A stretch of DNA of 64,000 nt, taken from contig OZ024741.1 in NCBI GenBank assembly GCA_964016885.1, forward strand, positions 181,474,001 to 181,538,000, given 5' to 3'. The notes under the pieces were generated by a model. That model saw nothing but the letters and a program-made list of their open reading frames with translations, searched no databases and was not told the DNA's origin. The DNA is from Eledone cirrhosa. Lineage: Eukaryota. Every line of letters begins with the position of its first letter. Positions within the stretch are counted from its first letter, which is position 1. Shown here one piece after another: positions 54,961 to 64,000 of the stretch. The position numbers were made by a program, and so were the translations under genes.

Positions 54961-55794
54961 TCTATCTATCTATTCTATCTACCTATCCCATTTCCCTCTC
55001 TTATATATACTATTTTGGTGCGCTAATATGGAAAGGTGGATGCAGCATGCCCGAAGGGTTAAAAAATTGGTTTCACAATCAAAAAGGTCCGACTTCGGAT
55101 ATCTTGGACAAATATTGATTTAGGTCCGAATAGTTAGCAGTAAGGAAATTCTTATTGTAAGATGCAACGACCTCACCTTGAACTATGAACATTATACTCT
55201 TTCTGATGAAATGCAATATTTTACGTAATGCTTGCGATTGAGCATAGGACTATGCAGTTAGCGCTCATAGACTGATATTGTATTGAAACATACGTTAAAG
55301 AACGAACTCTAAATAAATATTTCTCCTCTAACCTTTACTTCTTGCCCAATCATTTATTTTTCCTGGTACTATACCTTTACTATTATAAATACTCCGTGAT
55401 CTTCTCTTTGGATACTGTACCTTAAACTCTCTAATTCGACTGTTACTGTACCTCCTGCAATGACCACATTAAGAAAAATACTTTGGTAAGCAATCTTCCA
55501 TATTTATTCTTCCTTGCACATTTGATTCACACTAACAAAATTTAACCTGTCATATCTTCTCTTAACTATTTTTTCTTTCCTTTCCCTCATGGCCTTTTGA
55601 TCGATAAAATGCCTTGGGCGCGCGGCTGATTGATTTCGATGTCCTGTGTTAAGTGCCGAAACATCTATGATCGCAGTTAACAGCTGATGAAGGGTTTCTT
55701 CTCTTGTTTACGTTCATATTATTATCTTACACTTTGTTTACAGTAACCACAGAGCCCGCGACGTTTCTTGTAATTTTATATATATATATATATA

Positions 55795-58470
55795 ACTTTG
55801 ATAACTTTAATAGGCTTCGGCCAGTATTGGCCCAGGCCATGTCTAACTTAATAGCACCACCTGGCGAAGTCTTACAAATCAGTGTTTGGGCACCATGGCC
55901 CACTCGAGCAGAGAGTTATTGTTTACGGAGGCATATCCGGGTGTAGGAGGCTTATCCGGGATTTCTTGAAGGAATTTATCCAAAGACTTCTTGAACTTGA
56001 TGGGGTCTGTTTCTGCTTTGATGTGTCTTGGTGTAATGTTAAAGAGAGCAGGGCCAATTGATGTGAAATAATATTGTTGTTATGAGATGCGAGTGAGATT
56101 TTTGTCGTGGGCGGATAGCATGGGGCCCAAGTCTTGGGTGTACATTAAAGGTGATGCCAACATCATTTGGGCAAAGCTGATGGAATATTTCCCACACCAT
56201 GCAGATAATGTAGCGCTCACGGCGACGTTGGAGAGAATAAAGGTTGAGCTTTTCTAATCGACTCCAATAGTCAAGGCCTGTCATGCCATCTATCTTTTTT
56301 GTAATTGACCTTTGGGGTGCTTCAACTTTCATGATACTTTGTTTCGTGCGGGGAGACCATAGTGGACAACAGTATTCAAGGTGGGGTCGGCGGGCAAAAG
56401 TGGAGAAGAGAAGGATAACAGTGTGGATATCTCTCGACTGGAACGTTCTGAGAATCCAGGAGCACATTCTGCGGGCCATATCAACTTTGCTGCTTATATG
56501 AGTGGCCCAGCTTATGTTGTTGTTCACAATTACTCCCAGGTCTCTGATGTTATTGGATGCCACTAGAGTTTCACCCGAAGGAAGAGCGTATGGTAATTTC
56601 AGGGCATTCTTTTTTTCCCAAATGGAATAATTCAAACTTATCTTCATTCAAATGGCATATTATTCTTTTCTGCCCATTGGATAACAGCCAGTAGGTCTGA
56701 CTGAAGGCAAGTCCGGCCACCCACCTCATTTATGACCCTTTGGATCTTGGAATCATCTGCGAAGATTTTTATGTTGCTGTGCTTGATGATGTCAGTAATG
56801 TCATTAATGTAGATGATAATAAGAAGTGGGCCCAACACAGTGCCTCGTGGGACGCCACTGCTGACTTTGGCAGGGCTTGATTTTACTCCTTCGACTACAA
56901 CATGCTGGGTTCTGATGTCAGGAAACATTTGATCCACTGTAGTAACCTTCCAGAGACACCAACATTGGATAGTTTTTTCAGTAGAATCTTATGATCAACC
57001 CTGTCAAAGGCCTTGCTGAAATCAAGGTAGATGACATCAGTGTTGGACCCTCTCCCAAGGCTCTCAAAACATCGTCAAAGTGATGCAGGAGCTGCGTTAG
57101 ACAGTCCCTTCCATTACGGAACCCATGTTGGTGGAGTTCAGCAGGCCGTTGCTTTCAAGAAAGTGAGTTATTCGTGATCTTACCACCCTCTCAAATACAT
57201 TGATAATATGAGAGGTGAGTGAGATCGGACGGTAGTTCACTGCACGGGACTTATTTCCCTTTTTGAAGACTGGGACAACGGACTGGGACAGAAAGTTTCA
57301 GGAATATAGCCAGTGTCCAGTGAGTTCCTGTGTCCAGTGTCCAGTGAGATTAGCAAGAGGAGATGCAAGTTGGTGTCGACACACCTTCAGGACACAAGCA
57401 GGGAACCTGTCAAGGCCTACTGCTGAATTGTATTTAATTTCGTTTATTGCCGCTAAGACATCAGGGGCGCCAAACGTTATGTCTGATATAGTGTGTGGGG
57501 GATTAACATCACTGATACGGTCCAGATCGGCCATATCAGGGTTACTGAAAACAGAGCAGTATTGTTTCTGCAGTATCTCGCCCATGGTTTTGGTATTGTC
57601 TTGTAATGTGCCATTTTCATCAACTAGGGGGCCAACAGTGGAGACGGTGACCATGTGTTTTTTTAGCAAATGAAAAGAACACTTTGGGGTTGAGTTTGAT
57701 TTTCTCAATGGCCCACCTTTCTTCAGCTATTCTTTGGTTATTGATGATGACCATCATGCATTGCTGGAGGTTATATTCTTTTGACTCAAGCAGGGCGATA
57801 GCCATCGAATGTGTGTGTTGCTGTTGGCAGTATTTTAGTGTGTTAATATTTTTGTTTGTTCTTTTTATCTTTCTGATAATTGTTTTTCTGTTTTGGGGGA
57901 TACTGCATTTGGTTTTGTTCACAGGGTTTTGGTGGGGTGTGTTTTGTACATATATTTGTGACAGTGTCTACAAAGATCTGCCAAGATGTTTTGATGTTGG
58001 TGGAAATGTGTGCGTGTGTAAAAGACCAGTCAACATGTGATAGTTCGTCCATAATTGCATCACAGTTGGCATTGTAGAGATCCCTGTTATCAAATGGGTG
58101 GGCTGGAAAGAGGACCCTGGGATTAGCTTTCGGCTGGTGGGATCTCAGGTTACAAAGAACCATGTGATGGTCTGAGAGAATGGTTTTTTTTCCACTGTAA
58201 TATTATGTATAGTGTTAGTGTGGTTACTAAACACTAGATCCTGAATGTTCTACTGATGCCTCGTTGGTGCAAGGATAAGTTGGGACAAGAAAAACTCATT
58301 CATGAAGTCAAGAAGTGACTCGACAGCCTCTTTGTCAGTGGTTGAGCTTGGGGTGCCTGGTTTCAAACTACATGTAGACCAATCGACACAGGGTAGATAA
58401 AAGTCTTCCATCAAAAGTATGTTGTTAGAATGGCAGTGTTTAATAAAGCATTTAATACTGTTGAGGCATT
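55795..58470 (-). pseudogene. CR1-clade LINE, 5'-truncated and decayed (end of APE + RT)
   Basis: NYRPISLTS, YLDFSKAFDRVDH, SGVPRGTVLGPLL, FADDSK, RPHLEYCCPLWSP, LYSLQRRRER. Confidence 0.88.
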
Positions 58471-58482
58471 CTTTATACATAC

Positions 58483-58517
<35 letters not shown>

Positions 58518-60284
58518 ATATATATATATATCGCATGGCTTAGTTAGAACGCCGGACATACAATCGTGAGATTGTGAGTTCGATTCTCGGACAAGTTGCG
58601 ACTTCACTGGTGCCAAGTTCAACTTTCTCTTTCCTCCTTCTGAGCTCAATAAAATAAAGTACTAGTTAAGTATGGGAGTTGATTTAATCCCATTTGCCAT
58701 TTCTCTAAACTTGCTGGCCACTAGTCTAAATTAGAAATTAATAATATATTTCAATAATATTATGGTTGGCTTTTATGTATTTATTATTGCTTTCTTTAGC
58801 GTATCTCATGCACTATAGCCTATTTATTTCGGTTTCCTTGTAATTCGATTATGTTTCTATTTAATTTTTATTCAGTATGTTGATAGATGGTTTTATAAGA
58901 GAACGTAGATGTTCGTCTTTTTAAAAATAATTCTGTTAAACCTTTTAATACCTAACTGCTTCCAACTATCATAACAATACTAAGCTGTTTATTTTAGTGT
59001 ATTTATATTTATCTAATAACCTTCTATCATAATATTATGTAAAAACGTTAAAGCTGTGTTTCAATGTCAGCTGAATGATAGTTATATCAATATATTCCAC
59101 AAAGGTCTTTCATTAGAAATATATTTAAGAAAGGATAAAGCATTACGTTATTTTATTCATCGGCATCTAGAAAATGCCCCACACACATCTCCGGGGTTTC
59201 CAAATTACATTAATTTATGTCTTATTCTTATTTGGAAATGTTGGCGATTTTTCCAAATAAACTGCCAGTTAATGTTTCTGGCTATACTCCATCTTTGCCA
59301 GGGCGGATTATCAAGATATTAGGTGATTTATTGTTTCTTTAGATTTACTGCAAGTTGATCAATTGCTCTTAGTTGCTTTAGCTGCTTTTATATTTTGTAG
59401 TAATCATAAAGTCATTCTGTGTAGATATAATCACGTTCTCTGTTTCTAACTTAAGCTGCTTTGGATATTTTCCAGACATAACTGCTTTCCATCTCAATGT
59501 ACTTTTGCTGTTTCTTATGCAAGTAGGCAAGATCAGACTGTTTGACAAATGAATTTTAGAGATATCTTTAATGCTTAAGTCAATGCACCTTTAGCCATCA
59601 AGGTGGTATGGAAAATAATTATCAGCTAGATAATTTTTCAAGCAAGTAAAAGCATTTTAGTTAACATAAAACCGTCAGATAAAAAAAGCCAGCTTTCTAA
59701 AATGATATTTTATACACATACCTGAACACCACATAAATATACCAAAACTATATTCGATAAATATGAATCGTTTATTACCCACACACACCAAACGAAATAT
59801 ATTTATCATACAAACTTTGCAAAAAAGCATAAAATTGTTCGATACATACATGTGATGATTTATGCCGCAACTTATACTACTTATCACGACATATGTCCGA
59901 ATGTTACGCTTTTATGGAATGAAATTAGCTCCGCTTGTACATATACTAATGACTGTAAACACTACGTTGCCATTTCGATAAAATATCCATAGACAGGGAA
60001 TAGATTGTTATAATTTCTCATTGGAGGAAAAAAACTACATCCAACTATATATAATTTCTATTGTGATAAAAATGTTATTTATATAAAGATGGAGTTATTT
60101 ACTTCTAATATCGCTGGAGAAAGTGTTGCTGCATATGGCATCCCAGATGAGTGGTTTACCACTGCTGAACGGGAAGATGGACAAGCCTTCTGGTCTTTTG
60201 CCGTTGCCTCAGTCCAGCCCAGCCGGCTCGAGCTGGGAGGGGAATTCTATAGCATCCAAATCATGCTTTAAAAGGTGCAACGTA

Positions 60285-60503
60285 CAGGGTGGTCCGAAAG
60301 TCTTGTCACCCCTACCATAAAGCAATGAGAAACAGTTTATGTTCCTATCGTAGTATCTTCCTCTTCGGAGGAGCTGGTCTGCCGAATCTTGCAGTGAAGT
60401 CATGTTGCACATCCTCCATGCTCTTGCCAGACTGCACACGATCATGTGTCCATACACTTGCAAGCAGCCTCTCTTCCAACTGTAGGAGCTCTGAAATAGA
60501 AAA
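60285..60503 (-). mobile_element. Tc1/mariner relic: TIR plus N-terminal HTH coding fragment behind a splice-acceptor-like site
   Basis: TA-cagggtggtccgaaagtc TIR at 60285; minus strand ttttctatttcag|..LEERLLASVWTHDRVQSGKSMEDVQHDFTARFGRPAPPKRKILR*EHKLF resembles a DUF4817-type transposase N-terminus. Confidence 0.55.
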
Positions 60504-60538
60504 TTATTATTATTATTATTATTATTGTTATTGTTATT

Positions 60539-63500
60539 CCTTGAATCTCAGTCATTGATGTTGGTTAACTGGAAAGTCCGTTGGATTGAATATCAAGCCA
60601 CTACCTGCAGCCTCAGATATTCAGGACGTATCGGAGGGTTCTTGCCGTTCCAAGCAAGCATGCCTTTTGGAGCGTTCCAAAAAGCGTGAAGGGGCCGATT
60701 TTCTTTAACCATCCCTGGAAACCTTTGGAGATAGTCCCCAGTGCGCCTATGACGATCGGGATCACTTTGACTTCATGGCAGTTCCAAATCCTTTTCACCT
60801 CCCACTTTAGGTCCTGGTATCGGTTAATTTTCTCCCTCTCCTTCTCTTGCACTCTCGTGTCGAACGGGCAGGCCACATCCACAATCAGGCACGATCTTTT
60901 TTCTTTGTCCACAACCACCAGGTCAGGTCTATTGTGTTCCAGTTTTTTGTCCGTCTGTATCCTAAAATCCCACAGCACCTTCACCTGACTGTTCTCCATC
61001 ACCGCCTCTGGCCTATGCTCATACCATTTCTCAGAATGTGGTAGATTGTTTACTTTGCACAGGTGCCAGTGGATCACCCTGCCCATCACATCGTGTCTCC
61101 AGCCCTTATAGTGGGTCTGGGCTAGGTGTTTACACTCGGACACAATGTGAGCCACAGTCTCCTCTCTCTCTCCACAGATCCTGCACAGTGGGCTAGCCTC
61201 CTCCTTGTAGATATGGTGCTTCAACCACTTCGTTTTGAGGGCCTGCTCCTGCGCAGCCATTAGCATTCCTTCTGTAGCCTTTTTGAGGTCTCCTCTTCTC
61301 AACCAGTTCCATGTCTGTGGATCTCTAAATTCAGTTTTCTCAAAGAAGGTACTATGAAGGGATTTTCCCTTAAGGCTGCTCTTCCTCCTTGATGTTATTT
61401 CCTCCTTGGATATCCCCTGGCCTACTGTCCCCTCCTTCAGTACAGCTCTGAGCATTGGCTCCTTACTACAGGTCACGTATTTGTATAGGTTGTTTTTCTC
61501 CATCTGAACACAGTCCTCTATGCTGATAAGACCTCTTCCACCCTCAGATCTCCTTAGGTAGAGTCTATCGACGTCACTCCTCTTGTGGAACATGTTGTAG
61601 ATAGTCAATAGCTTCCTAGTCTTCCTATCCATTTCTTTTTGTTCAGCAACATTCCATCTCAGAATTCCCGCACTGTACCTAATAATAGACACAGCTCGGG
61701 AATTTACTGCGCTTATGGCATTTCTGCTGTTCAGATGTGACTTCAATACGCTCCTTACTCTCCGAATGTATTCAGTTCTTAACAATTCCTTCATTTTTTT
61801 GTTCTTTATGCCATCAGCCTCCAGAACGCCCAAATACTTGTATCCTTCCTCAGAGTCAATTTCCTTTATCATCTCACCTGTTGGTATCTGGATCCCGTTA
61901 CTTCTGCTCAACCTACCCCTCCTCATCACAATGACTCCACATTTACCAATACCAAACTGCATACATATATCACTGCTGAAAATACGGACAGTGTCAACAA
62001 GCACATCCAACTCCTTCTCACTTTTCCCGAAGAGCTTAAGATCGTCCATGAAGAGGAGGTGATTGATGGTAAGCTCTCCCCTTCCCAACTTGTATCCTGC
62101 TCTCACTTTTCGCAGCATAATGGTCAAGGGCATCAGGGCAAGGACAAACAACAGAGGGGACAGGCTATCTCCCTGGAAGATACCTCTCTTGATCTTCACG
62201 CTTCCCAAGGATACTCCAGTTGATGTCAACTCTGTCTCCCAGGACCCCATACTCCTGCCCAGCAACTGTCTGATGTTATCTGCCACCCTGAAGATCTCCA
62301 GGCTTTTGGTGATCCAGGAATGAGGCACCATGTCAAATGCCTTTCTGTAGTCTATCCATCCCATGGCAAGATCAGTGTGTCTCCTCCTGCAATTCCCCAT
62401 TACCATCTTATCAATAAGCAACTGGTCCTTTGTACCACGTGACTTCTTTCGGCATCCTTTCTGTTCGTCCGGCAACAAGTTGTTTGTGTGGAGGTGATGG
62501 TAGATTTCCTCAGACACAATGCTCGTCAACAGTTTCCACATTACGGGCAGACATGTGATAGGTCTATAGTTGGTAACATCATTACCCTTGATTCGGTCTT
62601 TCATTATCAGAACTGTGGTACCTTTTGTCAACCACTCTGGCACCTCACCCGACACCAAGCAGTCATTGAACATGGCCGTCAGCTTCGGGTGGAGGGATGT
62701 TAAATGTTTAATCCAATACCCCTGCACACCATCTGGGCCTGGTGATTTCCAGTTGGTTAGTTTTTTGGCTTGCCCCTTAAGAGTTTCAACTGTGATACTC
62801 AAATCAGTCTGTTGCTGTGCCTGCTCACCGATCACCCTCTGTACTGTCTCAATCCACCCTGCCTGGGCATTGTGTCTAACATCCTGCTCCCATATTCCTC
62901 TCCAGAATGTTTTAGCTTGTTCCGCCCCAGGGATCAAGTCGTTGCCTCTTTCTTTCCCCTCAAGCTGTCCAAACAGCATCTTCTGGTTGTTGTCGAACAT
63001 GCGGTTCTGTTTATACTGACTGACTCTGTTCTCGTATCGCCTGATTTTGGCACTCTTTGCTACAATGCGTTGCTTCAATTCCTCTATGATAATATTTAGC
63101 TTTTTACTCCTAGTTTTGTATTTTATTTCCAGTCTATTTTTAGTGCCTATGTTTTTTAGTGTCCCATTCAGTAGTGACTCAAGCTTTCCTATGTCATTTC
63201 TCATTTCCCCGATTTGCCCACTCAGTCGCTTCTTCCACCACGGCTCTGCTCTTTCTTGTCTGTTGTTTCCTCTCGCTTTTATACCAAGTAGTTTCCTCAC
63301 CGTATTTGCTGTTGCTTTGAGGATATTGTTGCACTGGTGAAGACTCCTCGCCTCAAGGTATGGGATGACTTTGTTTACCTTAGCTGTTGTTTCTTTTAAC
63401 TTTTTCCTGTCTACAAATCTTAGGTTCATAGGTCTCCCACTATCATTGTTCAACTCATCTACCACTAAATTTAGGATGTCAACCGAATCTTGTCCTAGCC

Positions 63501-64000
63501 CGTCAGCATTCATCTCCTCAGTGGCCGTATCTCTGTTCCAGGTATTATTTATCTCAGTATTCAGATCATTGTCTGCTTCGGGTGGTTCCTCCGTTCTCAG
63601 GACCTCCTCACCTTCATTTCCCGCCGGCTCGCTTGTCTGGCATACTACACCCGCCATCTCCAAGCCATTCTCTCTGCTCAGTTCCTCCAGTTCCAGCTCG
63701 CTTATCCACCCATTAGTTCTTATTACCCGAGCCTGCCCGGCCAATTTTTGTTCATCTAATTTAAATAAACCAATCTCGTTCCAGATGTTATGCATCCGTC
63801 TCCTGTAGCCCCTCTCCTTGGGGTTACTTTTCAGGTAGCATTGCATAACAGTTCTATTCAATTCTTTCGTCCAGTTGGTTCTGGCCCCTTTCCTTCTTCT
63901 TCTTCCTCCAACATCAGCAGTATTTGGTTGACAGTCAGGTTCCTGCTGCTGAGCCAGGGGGCACCTGTTGGGTGAGAGTCTGTCACATGACGTTCTAGTC
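60539..64000 (-). mobile_element. R4-clade (Dong-like) non-LTR retrotransposon inserted in (TAA)n; 5' end lies outside the window
   Basis: Single ORF, ~75-nt 3' UTR, then (TAA)n at 60503-60538. Confidence 0.88.
60613..63999 (-). CDS. Reverse transcriptase + CCHC zinc finger + restriction-like endonuclease (R4/Dong); frame open to the window edge
   Basis: KSPGPDG, YRPITCLP, DYRKAFD, QGDSLSPLLF, FMDD; CRICGEREETVAHIVSEC, RHD, RPDLVV..VDVACPFD..K..Y; no stops in more than 1082 codons; the frame stays open from 63861 up to 63999. Confidence 0.93.
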   Translation of the reverse strand, partial: TRTSCDRLSPNRCPLAQQQEPDCQPNTADVGGRRRRKGARTNWTKELNRTVMQCYLKSNPKERGYRRRMHNIWNEIGLFKLDEQKLAGQARVIRTNGWISELELEELSRENGLEMAGVVCQTSEPAGNEGEEVLRTEEPPEADNDLNTEINNTWNRDTATEEMNADGLGQDSVDILNLVVDELNNDSGRPMNLRFVDRKKLKETTAKVNKVIPYLEARSLHQCNNILKATANTVRKLLGIKARGNNRQERAEPWWKKRLSGQIGEMRNDIGKLESLLNGTLKNIGTKNRLEIKYKTRSKKLNIIIEELKQRIVAKSAKIRRYENRVSQYKQNRMFDNNQKMLFGQLEGKERGNDLIPGAEQAKTFWRGIWEQDVRHNAQAGWIETVQRVIGEQAQQQTDLSITVETLKGQAKKLTNWKSPGPDGVQGYWIKHLTSLHPKLTAMFNDCLVSGEVPEWLTKGTTVLIMKDRIKGNDVTNYRPITCLPVMWKLLTSIVSEEIYHHLHTNNLLPDEQKGCRKKSRGTKDQLLIDKMVMGNCRRRHTDLAMGWIDYRKAFDMVPHSWITKSLEIFRVADNIRQLLGRSMGSWETELTSTGVSLGSVKIKRGIFQGDSLSPLLFVLALMPLTIMLRKVRAGYKLGRGELTINHLLFMDDLKLFGKSEKELDVLVDTVRIFSSDICMQFGIGKCGVIVMRRGRLSRSNGIQIPTGEMIKEIDSEEGYKYLGVLEADGIKNKKMKELLRTEYIRRVRSVLKSHLNSRNAISAVNSRAVSIIRYSAGILRWNVAEQKEMDRKTRKLLTIYNMFHKRSDVDRLYLRRSEGGRGLISIEDCVQMEKNNLYKYVTCSKEPMLRAVLKEGTVGQGISKEEITSRRKSSLKGKSLHSTFFEKTEFRDPQTWNWLRRGDLKKATEGMLMAAQEQALKTKWLKHHIYKEEASPLCRICGEREETVAHIVSECKHLAQTHYKGWRHDVMGRVIHWHLCKVNNLPHSEKWYEHRPEAVMENSQVKVLWDFRIQTDKKLEHNRPDLVVVDKEKRSCLIVDVACPFDTRVQEKEREKINRYQDLKWEVKRIWNCHEVKVIPIVIGALGTISKGFQGWLKKIGPFTLFGTLQKACLLGTARTLRYVLNI

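Noticed and set aside
55655-55695. Type II hammerhead (GAAACATCTATGATC...CTGATGA)
   Set aside because: No stem II complement and the UH spacing is wrong

Overview
Repeat-dominated, AT-rich eukaryotic DNA with no host gene I can support. The SINE families and dense (TA)n/(CA)n/(TC)n/(TATC)n microsatellites resemble an octopus (cephalopod) genome; this is an inference. Main contents: (1) a ~2.3 kb head-to-tail array of ~570-bp non-coding monomers (5092-7430), each carrying a complete type I hammerhead ribozyme (HHR) on the minus strand, i.e. a retrozyme-like unit predicted to yield self-cleaved, possibly circular ~570-nt RNAs; (2) several (TA)n-embedded foldback palindromes, two with hammerheads on both arms, plus scattered solo or degenerate hammerheads; (3) a Penelope-like (Naiad-type) GIY-YIG remnant with an in-frame TGA at a conserved Cys position (possible selenocysteine codon), the kind of element thought to mobilise retrozymes; (4) five Tx1/L1-clade LINE copies from several divergent subfamilies, all in the same orientation in (TATC)n microsatellites, four stacked back to back (15.6-33.5 kb), with a conserved splice-donor-like motif over the ORF1 stop; (5) an uninterrupted R4/Dong-type RT + restriction-like-endonuclease ORF in (TAA)n within a Tc1/mariner relic; (6) decayed RTE and CR1 LINEs, SINEs and tiny mariner-type MITEs. 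All folds and alignments were done by eye.
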